Source: Candidatus Omnitrophota bacterium
Lineage (GTDB): Bacteria; Omnitrophota; Gorgyraeia; Zapsychrales; Zapsychraceae
Reading direction: 5' to 3'
DNA length: 64,000 nucleotides
NCBI GenBank assembly: GCA_020429915.1
Contig: JAGQKV010000002.1
Span: 405,874-469,873 of the forward strand
In this document: positions 21,694-33,829 of the stretch, piece by piece
Numbering within the stretch: position 1 is the first letter of the stretch
How the letters are laid out: each line of letters starts with the position of its first letter
Position numbers and translations under genes: made by a program
Notes under the pieces: model-generated
Told to the model about the DNA's origin: nothing
Database searches by the model: none
Seen by the model: only the letters and a program-made list of their open reading frames with translations

Positions 21694-22758
21694 TCAGGAG
21701 ATGGTCTTTTGTAACAAGAGGCAATCGGCGAGGGTCAGGGCGATCATCGCTTCGACCACCGGAACCACGCGCGGACAAATACACGGATCGTGCCGGCCTT
21801 TGACTTCGATTTGGGTTTGCTCACCGGAAGTGGTCACAGTCTGCTGAGACTGTGCTATGGAAGATGGTGGCTTGACAGCCACGCGCAGAACGATTTCTTC
21901 ACCGTTGGAGATTCCGCCGAGAATCCCGCCGGCGTAATTGGTCTTGGTATGGATCTCCCCGCCCTCGTTCACGAATTCGTCGTTATTCTCGCTTCCGCGC
22001 ATGCGGGTGGCCGCAAAACCGGCGCCGAATTCGATGCCTTTGATGGTACCGATCGACATCAACCCGTGCGCAAGCTTGGCATCAAGTTTGTCGAAAACCG
22101 GATCACCGAGTCCCGGCGGACAACCTTGGATTACAGCCTCAACCACTCCTCCTAAAGAATCCAAATTCCGACGGGCCTCATCGATCAAAGCAATCATCTT
22201 CTCTGCCGCGGCCATGTCCGGCGCGCGGACGATATTTTCTTCGATCACGGCAAAATCGCACTGCTCAGCCACAATGTCCGCCACGGAATGAACGTAAGCA
22301 ATCACTTTCACGCTGTGTTGTATCAGTAGCTGTTTGGCCACTGCCCCGGCAGCCACCCGGCATGCGGTCTCCCTTCCGGAGGAACGGCCGCCGCCGCGGT
22401 AATCCCGGATGCCGTACTTCTTAAGGAATGTCATATCGGCATGGCCCGGTCGGAATACATCTTTTATTTCCGAATAATCACGCGAACGCTGGTCCTTATT
22501 CCGGATAAGCAGGGCCAACGCCGTACCGGTGGTCTTGCCCTCAAAGACTCCGGAGAGTATCTCCACCGTATCCGGCTCCTGCCGCTGAGTGGTTATCTTG
22601 CTTTGCCCCGGACGGCGTCGATCCAATTCTTTTTGGATGTCAGCGACGTCCAGAGCTAGATTCGGAGGAACCCCGTCGAGTACGGCTCCGATAGCCGGAC
22701 CGTGGCTTTCACCGAACGTAGTCACCTTAAATATTTCGCCGTAAGTGTTTCCCGCCAT
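21694..22758 (-). CDS. aroC: chorismate synthase
   Basis: 354 aa; N-terminal [22 protein letters not shown] signature. Confidence 0.9.
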   Translation of the reverse strand: MAGNTYGEIFKVTTFGESHGPAIGAVLDGVPPNLALDVADIQKELDRRRPGQSKITTQRQEPDTVEILSGVFEGKTTGTALALLIRNKDQRSRDYSEIKDVFRPGHADMTFLKKYGIRDYRGGGRSSGRETACRVAAGAVAKQLLIQHSVKVIAYVHSVADIVAEQCDFAVIEENIVRAPDMAAAEKMIALIDEARRNLDSLGGVVEAVIQGCPPGLGDPVFDKLDAKLAHGLMSIGTIKGIEFGAGFAATRMRGSENNDEFVNEGGEIHTKTNYAGGILGGISNGEEIVLRVAVKPPSSIAQSQQTVTTSGEQTQIEVKGRHDPCICPRVVPVVEAMIALTLADCLLLQKTIS

Positions 22759-22775
22759 ATTTCGGTTGCCGCTCC

Positions 22776-24476
22776 TTACTGCGGTCCCGCGTCAGTTACC
22801 GCTCCAACGGATGCGGACGTCACCTGTTGCATGTATTTGTAAAGCACCCCGCTGGTGTAGCGCGGCTTGGGTTGGTTCCAGCTTTTAAGCCGCTTGCGGA
22901 TCTCTTCCGCGGGGATGTCCAGATTGATTTCCCGCTTGCGGGCATCGATCACAATCGGATCGCCGTTTTTAATAATCGCGATCGGCCCGCCCTCATAGGC
23001 CTCCGGCGTAATATGACCGACAACAAAACCGTGACTGCCTCCGGAAAAGCGGCCGTCGGTAATCAGGGCTACGTCCTTTCCTAAACCGCGGCCCATGACC
23101 GCCGAAGTCGGCGACAACATTTCCCGCATTCCCGGGCCGCCCTTGGGTCCTTCATAGCGGACCACGATCACGTCCCCCTTTCTTACGGTCCCGTCGAGAA
23201 TTTTTTGGAGCGCTTTTTCTTCCGATTCGAAAACCCGGGCCTTACCTTCAAAGCGCATCCCCTCTTTACCCGAGATCTTAGCCACGGCGCCGGTGGGCGC
23301 CAAGTTTCCGTAGAGAATAACAAGGTGTCCGTCTTTTTTAATCGGGTTAGTGAACGGGCGAATAACTTCCTGCCCTTTGGGATAATCTTTGACCCTTTTG
23401 AGATTCTCGGCCAACGTTTTTCCGGTCACGGTCAGGCAGTCCCCGTGCAACAGCCCCTTTGCCAGCAGCATCTTCATCAGCGGAGTAAGACCGCCGATTT
23501 TGACCAACTCCGCCACCACAAACCGTCCGGACGGTTTTAAATCCGCAAGCACCGGTACCTTTTTCCCGATCCGGGTAAAATCGTCGATAGTCAGTTTGAC
23601 CTTCGCCGCGCGCGCCATCGCCAGCAGGTGCAACACGGCATTGGTGGAGCCGCCGAGTGCCGTTACGACGGTAATCGCGTTTTCAAAGGCCTTGCGTGTC
23701 ATGATGTCCCGGGGGGTAATTCCCTTCTTGATGAGCTGCAGCACCGCTTTACCGGCGTTGACACAATCGCGTCGCTTATCCTCGGAGACGGCGGCTTGGG
23801 CGGAACTGTTCGGCAGGCTCATGCCGAGGGCCTCAATCGCGGAGGCCATGGTATTCGCCGTGTACATTCCCCCGCAGGACCCCGGCCCCGGTATGGCACA
23901 TGATTCGATGCCGGTCAGATCTCCTTTGGAGAGCTTGTTGTTCGCGTACGCGCCTACCGCTTCAAAGATGGATACGATATCCTTATTCTCCCCCTTGTAA
24001 CAGCCCGGCAGTATCGTTCCACCGTAGACAAATACCGACGGCCGGTTCAGCCGCGCCATGGCCATGAGGCAGCCGGGCATGTTTTTATCACAACCTCCGA
24101 TCGCCACCACGCCGTCAAACCCCTGACAACCAACTACCGTTTCCACACTATCGGCGATCACTTCCCGGGAGACCAAGGAATATTTCATTCCTTCCGATCC
24201 CATCGAAATTCCGTCCGAAATCGTAATCGTGTTGAAGATTACGCCTTTACCGCCGGCCTTATCGGCACCGGCCTGCGCCTGCAGCGCCAGCTCGTCGATG
24301 TGCATATTACACGGGGTCACCATGCTCCACGTCGAGGCGATACCGATTTGCGGTTTCTTGAAGTCCGCTGTCTTAAAGCCCACGGCCCGCAACATACCGC
24401 GGCTGGGCGCCCGGTCGTATCCGTCCGTTATCTCGGCCGAATACTTACGGAGGTTCGTTGTGCGTTTCTTAGTCAT
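22776..24476 (-). CDS. ilvD: dihydroxy-acid dehydratase
   Basis: CDKNMPG Fe-S motif; ORF-track start (24614) overextends into leuD, ATG at 24476 ([15 protein letters not shown]) preferred. Confidence 0.85.
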   Translation of the reverse strand: MTKKRTTNLRKYSAEITDGYDRAPSRGMLRAVGFKTADFKKPQIGIASTWSMVTPCNMHIDELALQAQAGADKAGGKGVIFNTITISDGISMGSEGMKYSLVSREVIADSVETVVGCQGFDGVVAIGGCDKNMPGCLMAMARLNRPSVFVYGGTILPGCYKGENKDIVSIFEAVGAYANNKLSKGDLTGIESCAIPGPGSCGGMYTANTMASAIEALGMSLPNSSAQAAVSEDKRRDCVNAGKAVLQLIKKGITPRDIMTRKAFENAITVVTALGGSTNAVLHLLAMARAAKVKLTIDDFTRIGKKVPVLADLKPSGRFVVAELVKIGGLTPLMKMLLAKGLLHGDCLTVTGKTLAENLKRVKDYPKGQEVIRPFTNPIKKDGHLVILYGNLAPTGAVAKISGKEGMRFEGKARVFESEEKALQKILDGTVRKGDVIVVRYEGPKGGPGMREMLSPTSAVMGRGLGKDVALITDGRFSGGSHGFVVGHITPEAYEGGPIAIIKNGDPIVIDARKREINLDIPAEEIRKRLKSWNQPKPRYTSGVLYKYMQQVTSASVGAVTDAGPQ

Positions 24477-24498
24477 GGATCGATCCGATGTGATTGTG

Positions 24499-25113
24499 TT
24501 AAGCGAGCCAGGAGCGCTCATCGCGCAGACGCGACTCATAGTCTTTAATCTTATCCTCGTGCTGCAGGGTCCAGCCGATTTGGTCAAGCCCTTTAAGCAA
24601 ACATTCTTTGGCAAAGTCGTTTATTTCAAAGGCATGTTCCCCGCCTTTCGTGTCGGTGAGGATTTGTCGGGGCAAGTCCGCGGCGATTTCTGCCCCGGGC
24701 TGCTCCAGCACCTGACGGAAAAGCTCATCCACGTCCTGACTCTTAAGCTGGACCAGCAGGATACCGTTCTTGACACAGTTGTTGGCAAATATGTCGGCAA
24801 AACTCGGCGCGACGATGACGCGGAATCCGTAGTCGGCCAAGGCCCAAGGCGCATGTTCCCGGGACGAACCGCACCCGAAATTGTCCCGTGCCACCAAAAC
24901 CGTGGCCGGCCGGTAAGCCGCCTGGTTAAGGACAAAATCCGGGTTTTCCTTGGTCCCCTCATAGTCAAGATAACGCAGTTCGTGAAAAAGATGCTGACCG
25001 AAACCGGTGCGCTCAATTTTCCGTAAGAACTGCTTGGGGATGATCATATCGGTATCCACATTGACCCGGTCTAACGGAGCAGCAATACCTTTGTGTACAG
25101 TAAATGCTTCCAT
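24499..25113 (-). CDS. leuD: 3-isopropylmalate dehydratase small subunit
   Basis: 204 aa LeuD/aconitase swivel domain. Confidence 0.85.
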   Translation of the reverse strand: MEAFTVHKGIAAPLDRVNVDTDMIIPKQFLRKIERTGFGQHLFHELRYLDYEGTKENPDFVLNQAAYRPATVLVARDNFGCGSSREHAPWALADYGFRVIVAPSFADIFANNCVKNGILLVQLKSQDVDELFRQVLEQPGAEIAADLPRQILTDTKGGEHAFEINDFAKECLLKGLDQIGWTLQHEDKIKDYESRLRDERSWLA

Positions 25114-25144
25114 AATTTGATTTGTCTTTCCCTGTGATTATCGG

Positions 25145-26560
25145 TTACGCGGACTTCGGCAGGTAGTTGCGAATGTCACAAATCTTGCCTTCCAGTGCGG
25201 CGATGGCCACCATTTGAGGACTCATCAGGTGCGTGCGCCCTCCCGGACCTTGCCGTCCCTCAAAATTACGGTTGCTCGATGAAGCGCAGCGTTGTCCCGG
25301 CGTGAGTTGATCGTCGTTCATACCCAGGCACATCGAACATCCGGCGAAGCGCCATTCAAAACCGGCCTCGCTAAAAATCCGGTCCAGCCCTTCTCGTTCG
25401 GCTTGCCGGCGCACCCGTCCGGAACCCGGCACGACAATCGCCTGAACATCCTTATGCACCTTTTTTCCTTTAATAATTTCGGCGGCCACCCGCAAATCTT
25501 CAATACGGCCGTTGGTACAGGATCCCAAAAACGCCTTGTCGATGGTGATATCGGATATCTTGGTTCCCGGCTTGAGACCCATGTATTCCAGGGCATTGCG
25601 GGCTCCGGCGCGCGCCACCGGATCGGTAAAATCATCCGGGTCCGGGACCGTCCCTTCGACATCGGTGACCTGTCCCGGGGATGTCCCCCACGTCACCTGC
25701 GGCTTGATATCTTCGGCCTTGATATGCAGCTCATGATCAAATACGGCATCCGGATCCGAAGGCAGCGTGCGCCAGTAAGCGACGGCTTCCTCCCAGTCGT
25801 CTCCCGTAGGGCTGTGATCCCGGTCCTTTAAGTAGGCATACGTCGTGTCATCCGGCGCAATCATACCGGCACGGGCGCCGGCCTCGATGCTCATGTTGCA
25901 AATGGTCATCCGGCCCTCCATAGTCAAAGCGCGGATCGCGCTTCCGGCGTACTCGACCACATACCCGGTGGCACCGGCGGTTCCGATCTGACCGATGATG
26001 TACAGAATGATATCCTTGGGCGTCACTCCGAATCCCAATGTTCCTTCAATACTGATCAGCATGGATTTCGATTTGTTCTGCTGCAGCGTTTGAGTGGCCA
26101 GAACATGCTCCACTTCCGAAGTACCGATGCCGAAGGCGAGGGCGCCGAACGCGCCGTGGGTCGACGTATGAGAATCTCCGCACACGATCGTCAGTCCCGG
26201 CTGGGTAATCCCCATCTCCGGGCCGATAACATGCACAATCCCCTGGTCCTGATGCTTGAAATCATACAGGATGACATTAAAATCCCGGCAATTCTTGGCC
26301 AGCGTTTCCATCTGGATACGGGAAGTCTCCTCCACCAAGGACCAATCTTTGGTCCGGGTGGACACATTGTGATCCATGGTTGCAAAAGTTTTTTCCGGAC
26401 GCCGGACTTTACGGTGAGTAAGGCGCAAGCCCTCGAAGGCCTGGGGTGAAGTCACTTCATGAATGAGATGCCGGTCGATATAGATGATGGCGGTATCGCC
26501 TTGGCTTTCGCGGACCAAATGCGCATCCCAAATCTTGTCATACATTGTTTTGCCGGACAT
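25145..26560 (-). CDS. leuC: 3-isopropylmalate dehydratase large subunit
   Basis: 471 aa aconitase-family catalytic domain, [12 protein letters not shown]-terminus; Fe-S cysteines. Confidence 0.9.
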   Translation of the reverse strand: MSGKTMYDKIWDAHLVRESQGDTAIIYIDRHLIHEVTSPQAFEGLRLTHRKVRRPEKTFATMDHNVSTRTKDWSLVEETSRIQMETLAKNCRDFNVILYDFKHQDQGIVHVIGPEMGITQPGLTIVCGDSHTSTHGAFGALAFGIGTSEVEHVLATQTLQQNKSKSMLISIEGTLGFGVTPKDIILYIIGQIGTAGATGYVVEYAGSAIRALTMEGRMTICNMSIEAGARAGMIAPDDTTYAYLKDRDHSPTGDDWEEAVAYWRTLPSDPDAVFDHELHIKAEDIKPQVTWGTSPGQVTDVEGTVPDPDDFTDPVARAGARNALEYMGLKPGTKISDITIDKAFLGSCTNGRIEDLRVAAEIIKGKKVHKDVQAIVVPGSGRVRRQAEREGLDRIFSEAGFEWRFAGCSMCLGMNDDQLTPGQRCASSSNRNFEGRQGPGGRTHLMSPQMVAIAALEGKICDIRNYLPKSA

Positions 26561-26658
26561 AGTTACGACTCCGCTAAAAAGTTCTAAGTCTTTGAGAATA
26601 GAGAAATAATGATTGTATCGGAAGGCTGGGGGGTTGTCAATGAAGAATTCCCGCCCGG

Positions 26659-27366
26659 TCAGTCCGGCTGCTCATAAGCCAACCGTTCGAAGGTATCCAT
26701 TTCGATACGGTACGCCGGTACAGCCTCCCGCCCCGCCACAGGGACGATTTTGTAATGTCCCTTCACCCGGCCGCCGCTCGGACAACAGTTACCGTCATGC
26801 CGTTCGCGCCAGATGAAAAACTCAAAATCGAGACCGTCTCCGGAAAAGCGGTTGTTTTCCCCTTTCCAAACGGCCTCGCCGACAGCTAAATACGGACGAT
26901 AGGATTCCGGAGCCGGAACATAATCCACGGGCTGTAACGTCAAGCCCCCACCTTCTGAGCCGATCCGGTATATATGCTCCTGGGTAAAGCTTCCCGTCCC
27001 GTAAATCTTCTCCGTCAGCTGCAGAAGAAAAAGACGGTCGCGGCGACCGGCCAGGCCCCGGGTTTCATACGGAAAAAAATTCGGACGAAGCAGATAACCG
27101 TTGCCCTGGGTTGAAACTTCTTCAAGGAGCCGATAACCGTCGGCCTCCCGGGCATAAATGCGGGCGATGTGATCGGGACCGTATTTCCGGTCGCTGACAT
27201 GCACGGTGATGAAGATTTCCTGCTGATTCCAAACCTGCTCCGTGAAAGCCCAGCGGAGTTCGTAAACATCTCCGCCGTCACCTGTATAGGAGATCACCGC
27301 TGCAGACTTCGACACCGGCTGCCCGGCGTACGTCGTAACGGGAAGCAAAAACAACAACACCAGCAT
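26659..27366 (-). CDS. secreted hypothetical protein
   Basis: Signal peptide [15 protein letters not shown]; ORF-track start overlaps acnA so internal ATG 27366 chosen. Confidence 0.45.
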   Translation of the reverse strand: MLVLLFLLPVTTYAGQPVSKSAAVISYTGDGGDVYELRWAFTEQVWNQQEIFITVHVSDRKYGPDHIARIYAREADGYRLLEEVSTQGNGYLLRPNFFPYETRGLAGRRDRLFLLQLTEKIYGTGSFTQEHIYRIGSEGGGLTLQPVDYVPAPESYRPYLAVGEAVWKGENNRFSGDGLDFEFFIWRERHDGNCCPSGGRVKGHYKIVPVAGREAVPAYRIEMDTFERLAYEQPD

Positions 27367-27403
27367 GATGCCGACGCCTCGGATGAAGTTATCCTTTCCC
27401 GGC

Positions 27404-30106
27404 TTACGCCAGCTTACGCAGGACGGTGTGAAGGATCCCCCCGTTACGGACATAGTCGATCTCCACCGGTGTATCCAGCCGGCAGGTCGTGGTAAATTCA
27501 GTAACCTTTCCACCGGAAGCGGTGGCGCGGACCTTGATCTGCTGGCGTGGCTGCAATGAGTCGCCGATGCCTTCGAAGTCAAAATGCTCATCGCCCTTCA
27601 ACCCCAAAGAATCGACCGATTCCCCCGCCTGAAATTCCAGCGGTATTACTCCCATGCCGGCCAGGTTACTGCGGTGGATGCGTTCATAACTTTGCGCGAT
27701 CACGACCTTCACGCCCAGCAAGGCTGTTCCTTTGGCGGCCCAGTCACGGCTGGATCCGGTTCCGTACTCTTTGCCGGCCAGGACAATCAGGGGCGTACCG
27801 TCGGAGCGATACTTCTGGGAGGCATCAAAAATGCTCATTTTCTCCTGTGACGGAAAATACATGGTCCAGGATCCTTCCGTGCCGGGGGCCAGTTGATTAC
27901 GCAGCCGGATGTTGGCGAACGTGCCGCGCGTCATGACCCGGTCATTTCCCCGGCGCGAACCGTATGAATTAAAATCTTTCGGGGCAACACCCTGTTCCTG
28001 CAGATACCTTCCTGCCGGACTATCGGCGGCAATCGCCCCCGCCGGCGAGATGTGATCCGTGGTAATCGAGTCGCCCACCATGACCAGACAGCGGGCCCCG
28101 CCGATGGCCGCGATCGGCGCCGTGTCTTTGGTCATCCCGTCAAAAAACGGCGGTTCCTGAATGTAAGTGCTGAGCTCTTTCCAGTCGTAGAGTTCGGATG
28201 AGGTCTGGCTGATCGCATTCCAGTTTTCATTGCCTTGGGCCACGTTGGCGTACCGCTTGCGGAAAGATTCGGCGGAGACAAATTGCGCGACCAAATCGCT
28301 GATTTCTTTCTGTGTTGGCCAAATCTCTTTGAGGTAAACGTCCTTTCCTTGTGCATCCCGACCAATCGGTTCATTGACCAAATCTGTCTGTACGGATCCG
28401 GCTAGGGCGTAGGCCACGACGAGCGGCGGACTGGCCAGATAATTGGCCTTGGTATGCGGATTCACCCGCCCTTCAAAATTGCGGTTACCGCTCAGAACGC
28501 TTGCCGCTACGAGATCCCCCTCAACAATGGCCCTGGAGACCTCCTCGGGAAGCGGTCCGCTATTGCCGATGCAGGTGGTACAACCGTAACCGACGATGTG
28601 GAAACCGAGCTTTTCCAAGTAGGGCAATAATCCTGAGGCCCGGATATACTCCTCAACCACTTGAGATCCGGGGGCGAAACTGGTCTTCACATAATTCTTC
28701 ACGCTGAGTCCGCGTTCCACCGCTTTTTTCGCCACCAACCCGGCGCCGATCAGCACATAGGGGTTGGAGGTATTCGTGCAGCTGGTGATCGCGGCAATGA
28801 CGACGGAACCATGCCGCAGGGTCTCGGCGGTTCCGTTCACGACTTGGGCCTGGCGGTCCAAATCACCGCTGTCCAATCCGAAGCCACGTTCTTTTACGGG
28901 CGCAGTCAGGCTTTTGGAAAAGGCGTCTTTCATTTCGGCCAGCGTGATGCGGTCCTGCGGACGCTTGGGACCGGCGAGGCTGGGTGTAACATCCCCTATA
29001 TTCAGTGAGAGCTCATCGGTATATTTGGGATCGGGCGTGCCGGCATCATAGAACATGCCTTGCGCCTTCATGTATTTTTCGACCAGTTCCGTCTCTTCTT
29101 CGCTGCGGCCGGTCAACCGGTAATAACGCAGCGTCTCCTCGTCAACCGGGAACAACCCGATCGTGGCCCCGTATTCCGGTGCCATATTGGAGATGGTCGC
29201 GCGGTCGGGCAATGTCAGATGCCGTAAGCCCGGCCCGAAAAATTCCACAAATTTCCCGACCACTCCCCTCGCCCTCAGCATCTGTGTGACGGTAAGAACC
29301 AGATCGGTTGCCGTTACCCCCTCCTTGAGTTGACCGTCCAGACGAAAGCCGATCACTTCAGGCATCAGCATATAGATCGGTTCACCCAACATAACGGCTT
29401 CCGCTTCGATACCACCGACGCCCCAGCCGACCACGCCCAAACCGTTGATCATGGTGGTGTGGCTGTCGGTGCCGACCAGACTGTCGGGAAAGACGACCAC
29501 GTCACTGCCCGACTTCTTCTGCAGGACACCTTTGGCCAAGTATTCCAAATTCACCTGATGGACGATGCCGGTCGCCGGCGGAACGACCAGGAAATTGTCA
29601 AAGGCCTTTTGCCCCCATTTAAGAAACTCGTACCGCTCTTTGTTCCGGGCAAATTCCATCTCCACGTTTTTCGCCAGGGCATCCGGTGAGCCGAAGACAT
29701 CCACTTGTACCGAGTGATCTATGACCAGATCGCAGGGAACCTGGGGATTGATTTTCTGGGGATCACCTCCCAGACGTTTCAGGGCCGAGCGCATTGCGGC
29801 CAGGTCCACCACGCACGGAACTCCGGTGAAGTCCTGCAAAATCACCCGACCGGGCTTGAAGGCGATGTCCTTCGGATCCGTATACGCGGGGGACCACCCC
29901 AGCAAGGTTTCTATGTCGGCCATCGTAACCGCGTATCCGTCCAGATTGCGTAGCGCGCTCTCCAGCAGCACCTTGATGGAGTAAGGCAGCCCCGCGGGAT
30001 CGCCGATGCCCTGGACGGCCAGCTCCTTGAGATCGTAATACGTATATGTTTGTCCCCGCACCTCGAGGCTTTTCTTGCTGGCGTCATGATTAAAATCTGT
30101 AGTCAC
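27404..30106 (-). CDS. acnA: aconitate hydratase A
   Basis: 900 aa aconitase A; Fe-S ligands in [16 protein letters not shown]. Confidence 0.9.
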   Translation of the reverse strand: MTTDFNHDASKKSLEVRGQTYTYYDLKELAVQGIGDPAGLPYSIKVLLESALRNLDGYAVTMADIETLLGWSPAYTDPKDIAFKPGRVILQDFTGVPCVVDLAAMRSALKRLGGDPQKINPQVPCDLVIDHSVQVDVFGSPDALAKNVEMEFARNKERYEFLKWGQKAFDNFLVVPPATGIVHQVNLEYLAKGVLQKKSGSDVVVFPDSLVGTDSHTTMINGLGVVGWGVGGIEAEAVMLGEPIYMLMPEVIGFRLDGQLKEGVTATDLVLTVTQMLRARGVVGKFVEFFGPGLRHLTLPDRATISNMAPEYGATIGLFPVDEETLRYYRLTGRSEEETELVEKYMKAQGMFYDAGTPDPKYTDELSLNIGDVTPSLAGPKRPQDRITLAEMKDAFSKSLTAPVKERGFGLDSGDLDRQAQVVNGTAETLRHGSVVIAAITSCTNTSNPYVLIGAGLVAKKAVERGLSVKNYVKTSFAPGSQVVEEYIRASGLLPYLEKLGFHIVGYGCTTCIGNSGPLPEEVSRAIVEGDLVAASVLSGNRNFEGRVNPHTKANYLASPPLVVAYALAGSVQTDLVNEPIGRDAQGKDVYLKEIWPTQKEISDLVAQFVSAESFRKRYANVAQGNENWNAISQTSSELYDWKELSTYIQEPPFFDGMTKDTAPIAAIGGARCLVMVGDSITTDHISPAGAIAADSPAGRYLQEQGVAPKDFNSYGSRRGNDRVMTRGTFANIRLRNQLAPGTEGSWTMYFPSQEKMSIFDASQKYRSDGTPLIVLAGKEYGTGSSRDWAAKGTALLGVKVVIAQSYERIHRSNLAGMGVIPLEFQAGESVDSLGLKGDEHFDFEGIGDSLQPRQQIKVRATASGGKVTEFTTTCRLDTPVEIDYVRNGGILHTVLRKLA

Positions 30107-30255
30107 GAATGAATCCTTTGTTCTATGGACGTTAATGGGAAATTAGGACGAATGCTTTTGGGGTGCCGCCCTTTTCATGGGACGCGAATTCGTATTATAT
30201 TAAACCCGTATAGGATCGTCAACCGTTTCACCGGGCAAAAAAAGCAAAATTACCC

Positions 30256-30284
30256 TTGCACCCGGACATCCAGCTCACTATGAT
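30256..30284 (+). promoter_or_regulatory. predicted sigma70-type promoter (TTGCAC-17-TATGAT) for radical SAM operon
   Basis: TTGCAC 30256-30261, TATGAT 30279-30284; argues ORF-track ATG at 30256 is not the start. Confidence 0.4.
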
Positions 30285-30327
30285 GCATATAGAAATCAAC
30301 TTCAACTTGCCCTGCCCGATTGTACCT

Positions 30328-31848
30328 ATGAATGTTGCCATACTGAATCCCTCCTTCGGGGATGACTTTGTGCGCGTCGCCCGCTGGGCGGCCAAGTCAA
30401 GAGGCCGCGTCCAGCGCCATCCGGAATATCTCCTGACCGCCGCGCAAGTCCTGCTGGATCAAGGTCATGATACCCTATTCGTGGAGGCGGCCGCGCGCAA
30501 CCTCACACCCGAAGAGGCCTTCAAAATCTGCGAAGACCATCGCCCGGGATTACTCATTATTCATGCCACGACCCCGTCAATCTATAACGACATTGAACAA
30601 GCCAAGGAAATCAAGCTCAGAACGGGCTGCCGGGTATGCTTTGTCGGACAGCACGCCTCGGCCGAGGCGGAAAACACCTTCGAGATAGGCCGTAACGTCG
30701 TGGACTTTATCGCCCGCGGCGAATACGATCACACCGTCCGCGATTTGGCTGACGGCGTGGATCCCGGCAAGATTCTCGGATTGACCTGGTGGGATTCCGA
30801 ATCCTTGCAGGCGGTCAAAAATCCCGACCGTCCGCCCGTCGACGTAAATGAGCTCCCCTTCCCCGCCTGGCAATTGATCGAACCGGAGTGGTATCCGGAC
30901 GGCGGGAAAAAATTCCCCTTCCTGACACTGATTACCGGCCGCGGCTGTAACAATGGCTGCACATTCTGCCGCGACCCGCAAATTATGTACGGCTACCGGC
31001 TTCGCAACCGCACAGCCAAGAGTGTCGTCGATGAAATGGAATACGATTTGAAGATCCACCCGCAAGTCCGCGAAATCATGTTTGAGACCGATACATTCGC
31101 CGCCGATACCCAGCACGTGAAGGAAGTCTGCGAGGAAATTATGAAACGCGGACTCCACAAACGCATATCCTGGTCCTGCAATATGCGCGTGAATACCGAT
31201 TTGGAAGTCCTCCCTTTGATGCGTGAGTCCGGGTGCCGGATGCTAATGACGGGATTCGAATTCGGATATGACGACGGCCTGAAAGCGATCAATAAAGGCG
31301 GAGTGTCGGTGGATATGGCCCGTGACTATGCCCATGAGGCCAATCGGCTGGGATTCACCATTCACGGGTGCTTCATGATCGGCGCCCCCGGGGAAACACG
31401 GGAAACGGCACAGCAAACCATCGATTTTGCCAAGAGCCTGCCGCTGGACACGGTCCAGATCACCGGCGTGGCCTCCTACCCGGGCACCTCTCTTTACAAA
31501 TGGGCGAAAGAAAATGAATTCTTGCGTGCGGACGACTGGCGGGAATGGTTGAACGCTCAAAAGGAACAGCGGACACTGCTCAGCTATCCGCAATTCAGCA
31601 GCGAAGAAATCGACGAGTATATCGACCGCGGCCTCAAAGAATTCTATCTGCGCCCGAAGCAGATGTGGAAAATGCTGATCTCGATCCGAAGCATGGGAGA
31701 CCTGCTTCGAAAACTGCATGGATTTAAAGCATTTATGGACTATTTCTTCAAGAAAATCCGCTCTGCATTCGGAAGCACTCCACCCCCCACCGGGCCGGAC
31801 AAGCGGGTTGAGGAGGAACTCAGGACCGGTGAAACGGTCGCACTGTAG
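30328..31848 (+). CDS. B12-binding domain radical SAM protein (class B rSAM, methyltransferase/cyclase-like)
   Basis: N-terminal B12-binding-like domain (MNVAILNPSFGDD), CNNGCTFC CX3CX2C motif; start moved to ATG 30328 downstream of predicted promoter. Confidence 0.7.
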   Translation: MNVAILNPSFGDDFVRVARWAAKSRGRVQRHPEYLLTAAQVLLDQGHDTLFVEAAARNLTPEEAFKICEDHRPGLLIIHATTPSIYNDIEQAKEIKLRTGCRVCFVGQHASAEAENTFEIGRNVVDFIARGEYDHTVRDLADGVDPGKILGLTWWDSESLQAVKNPDRPPVDVNELPFPAWQLIEPEWYPDGGKKFPFLTLITGRGCNNGCTFCRDPQIMYGYRLRNRTAKSVVDEMEYDLKIHPQVREIMFETDTFAADTQHVKEVCEEIMKRGLHKRISWSCNMRVNTDLEVLPLMRESGCRMLMTGFEFGYDDGLKAINKGGVSVDMARDYAHEANRLGFTIHGCFMIGAPGETRETAQQTIDFAKSLPLDTVQITGVASYPGTSLYKWAKENEFLRADDWREWLNAQKEQRTLLSYPQFSSEEIDEYIDRGLKEFYLRPKQMWKMLISIRSMGDLLRKLHGFKAFMDYFFKKIRSAFGSTPPPTGPDKRVEEELRTGETVAL

Positions 31849-31927
31849 GCCGGCGCCTTTAAGTTGACAATCCAAGCTTATTCCGATATATTCAAGATAC
31901 AAATAACCAGCATGAATGGAGGTCGAG

Positions 31928-32206
31928 ATGACTCACGTTGTAACCGAACCTTGTGTTAAATGCAAATATACCGACTGTGTAACCGTCTGCCCGGTCGATT
32001 GCTTTCATGAAGACGAGGAAATGCTCGTCATAGACCCCGAAGTTTGCATCGACTGCGGGGCCTGCATTCCGGAATGTCCTGTTCAGGCCATCTACACGGA
32101 AGAAGATGTTCCCGATCAATGGAAGAGCTACATTGAGTTGAATTCCTCAAAGGCTCCGGATCTACCGGTGATTACCGAAAAGAAAGAGCCGCTCGCCGAT
32201 AGCTGA
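31928..32206 (+). CDS. fdxA: 7Fe ferredoxin (FdxA-type, [3Fe-4S][4Fe-4S])
   Basis: [26 protein letters not shown]...[12 protein letters not shown]; GGAGG RBS 5 nt upstream of ATG 31928. Confidence 0.85.
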   Translation: MTHVVTEPCVKCKYTDCVTVCPVDCFHEDEEMLVIDPEVCIDCGACIPECPVQAIYTEEDVPDQWKSYIELNSSKAPDLPVITEKKEPLADS

Positions 32207-32306
32207 TCCTCGGAGTCTTGTTCTGGTCTTATCCTTGTTCCGATAGGGCTGGCATACAGACCGAAGTGGGCATCACCAAACGCGTACTATGACGGGAGGT
32301 GTCTCA

Positions 32307-32669
32307 ATGGCTGGCTACGACCACGACAAGAACATTCCGAATCTTCCTGAGAAAATCACTGAAAAGAAAAAGAAACCGAAAATGGTTGCTGTCGTGGATG
32401 AGGATAATTGCACCGGTTGCCAAGCCTGCGTGCCTTTTTGTCCGGTCGACTGCATCGCACCTGTTCCTGACGGAAAATACGAAACGATTATTCCGCCAGT
32501 TCAAATCCGGTTTAACGAATGTACCGGCTGTTCCATCTGCGCCCGCGTATGCACCAAAATGACCTGGGACGCGATTGAGATGTTGCCGACCGCCACATTT
32601 GAAGAAGTTTACCAGATCGAACTCAGCGACGCCACCACTCCTCCCTACGGCACACCGAAGCCGAACTAG
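32307..32669 (+). CDS. 4Fe-4S dicluster ferredoxin
   Basis: CTGCQACVPFCP and CTGCSICARVC motifs; GGGAGG RBS before ATG 32307. Confidence 0.75.
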   Translation: MAGYDHDKNIPNLPEKITEKKKKPKMVAVVDEDNCTGCQACVPFCPVDCIAPVPDGKYETIIPPVQIRFNECTGCSICARVCTKMTWDAIEMLPTATFEEVYQIELSDATTPPYGTPKPN

Positions 32670-32704
32670 ATAGTTGATTCAGCGCCCAGCGGAGCTCCCC
32701 GTAC

Positions 32705-33190
32705 ATGTGGTTTTTTATGATTACCTGCTATGTCATGAGCGCCGTGACATTTGTCTTACTCAGCATAGCCTTTCTGCAAAGCTTTCTCAAATTTCACGTC
32801 TGGCAGGCAGACCACGTCACCTTCATGATTCTGACCAGCATCGTCTATTCGTTCACCGAAACTCTGGTCATTTTTTTCTTTGTCGGCACCGGCGTCAGCG
32901 TAAAAGAATATACACTTGAACATCACCTCGATAGCGGTTATCATAAGCGATCCATCGGAGTCAAACGGGAGGTGTATCCTCCGCTGATGATGAACATTTT
33001 GTATATGATTGTCCTGTTTGTCCTTGTGGGAGCAGTCGACACGCAGCGGGTACCGGCGTGGATTTATTACAGCCTATTTGTCTTCTGCATCGGCGACTAC
33101 CTCCGGGTGAAGATCATCCAGAACAACTGCTTTCGCAAAAACACGCAGATCATACTGGATATGTCCGGCATCAAAAAAAAGGTGGCCTGA
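32705..33190 (+). CDS. hypothetical membrane protein (4 TM)
   Basis: 161 aa hydrophobic ORF; ends in ATGA overlap with next ORF. Confidence 0.4.
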   Translation: MWFFMITCYVMSAVTFVLLSIAFLQSFLKFHVWQADHVTFMILTSIVYSFTETLVIFFFVGTGVSVKEYTLEHHLDSGYHKRSIGVKREVYPPLMMNILYMIVLFVLVGAVDTQRVPAWIYYSLFVFCIGDYLRVKIIQNNCFRKNTQIILDMSGIKKKVA

Positions 33191-33351
33191 TGTATTACGT
33201 GGCCAAGATGCTCCAAGCGGCGGCTTTATCGATCATATTGATCGACTTCCTGCGGAACTTTCCGGAACTGATGAGCCGGACGGTCCTGGTCGTCTGCATC
33301 GCCTTATTTACCTGCGGCTGGATTATTAACCGTTACTTCGTCCGACAATGA
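33190..33351 (+). CDS. small membrane protein, 53 aa (not in ORF track)
   Basis: MYYVAKMLQAAALSIILIDFLRNFPELMSRTVLVVCIALFTCGWIINRYFVRQ; ATGA coupling on both ends. Confidence 0.35.
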   Translation: MYYVAKMLQAAALSIILIDFLRNFPELMSRTVLVVCIALFTCGWIINRYFVRQ

Positions 33352-33488
33352 GCAAAAACAAAGATGTTTTAAAATTCGATTCCGGAGCCGACGGATTTAA
33401 ATTCATGATCTATGTGTTGGCCGTCAGCGCCGTCGTTACTTTGATTCTCGGCGGATATTTTCTGTATACCAATTTTTGTCGACCATGA
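33348..33488 (+). CDS. small membrane protein, 46 aa (not in ORF track)
   Basis: MSKNKDVLKFDSGADGFKFMIYVLAVSAVVTLILGGYFLYTNFCRP; ATGA overlaps at both ends. Confidence 0.35.
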   Translation: MSKNKDVLKFDSGADGFKFMIYVLAVSAVVTLILGGYFLYTNFCRP

Positions 33489-33829
33489 GCCTTCCCCCCT
33501 TTGTCAAAAGATTGATGACCAAGTGGAAAATTAATTCCCTATGGGACTTTTTCGCCATCATGCTGGTTTTCTCACTAGCCGGCATGAGCATCGTATATGT
33601 CCGCCGACCGGTGTTTCATCTGGTCGGTATCACCAAAGAGACCCCCTTCATTTTGAAGTTCTTCTGCTGGCTGCTGGTCGTCTTTCCGTCCTATCAGCTG
33701 GGGCTGCTGGTTTTCGGCTTTTTGCTGGGACAATGGAATTTTTTCTGGGCGAAGGAAAAGCAGATGTTTTCCGCCATCTCTCGGTTGGGCCGGTCGTCGG
33801 CGAGCACCGGCGATAACAAGGCGGCTTAG
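33485..33829 (+). CDS. hypothetical membrane protein (3 TM)
   Basis: ATG 33485 preferred over TTG 33476; hydrophobic 114 aa. Confidence 0.4.
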   Translation: MSLPPFVKRLMTKWKINSLWDFFAIMLVFSLAGMSIVYVRRPVFHLVGITKETPFILKFFCWLLVVFPSYQLGLLVFGFLLGQWNFFWAKEKQMFSAISRLGRSSASTGDNKAA

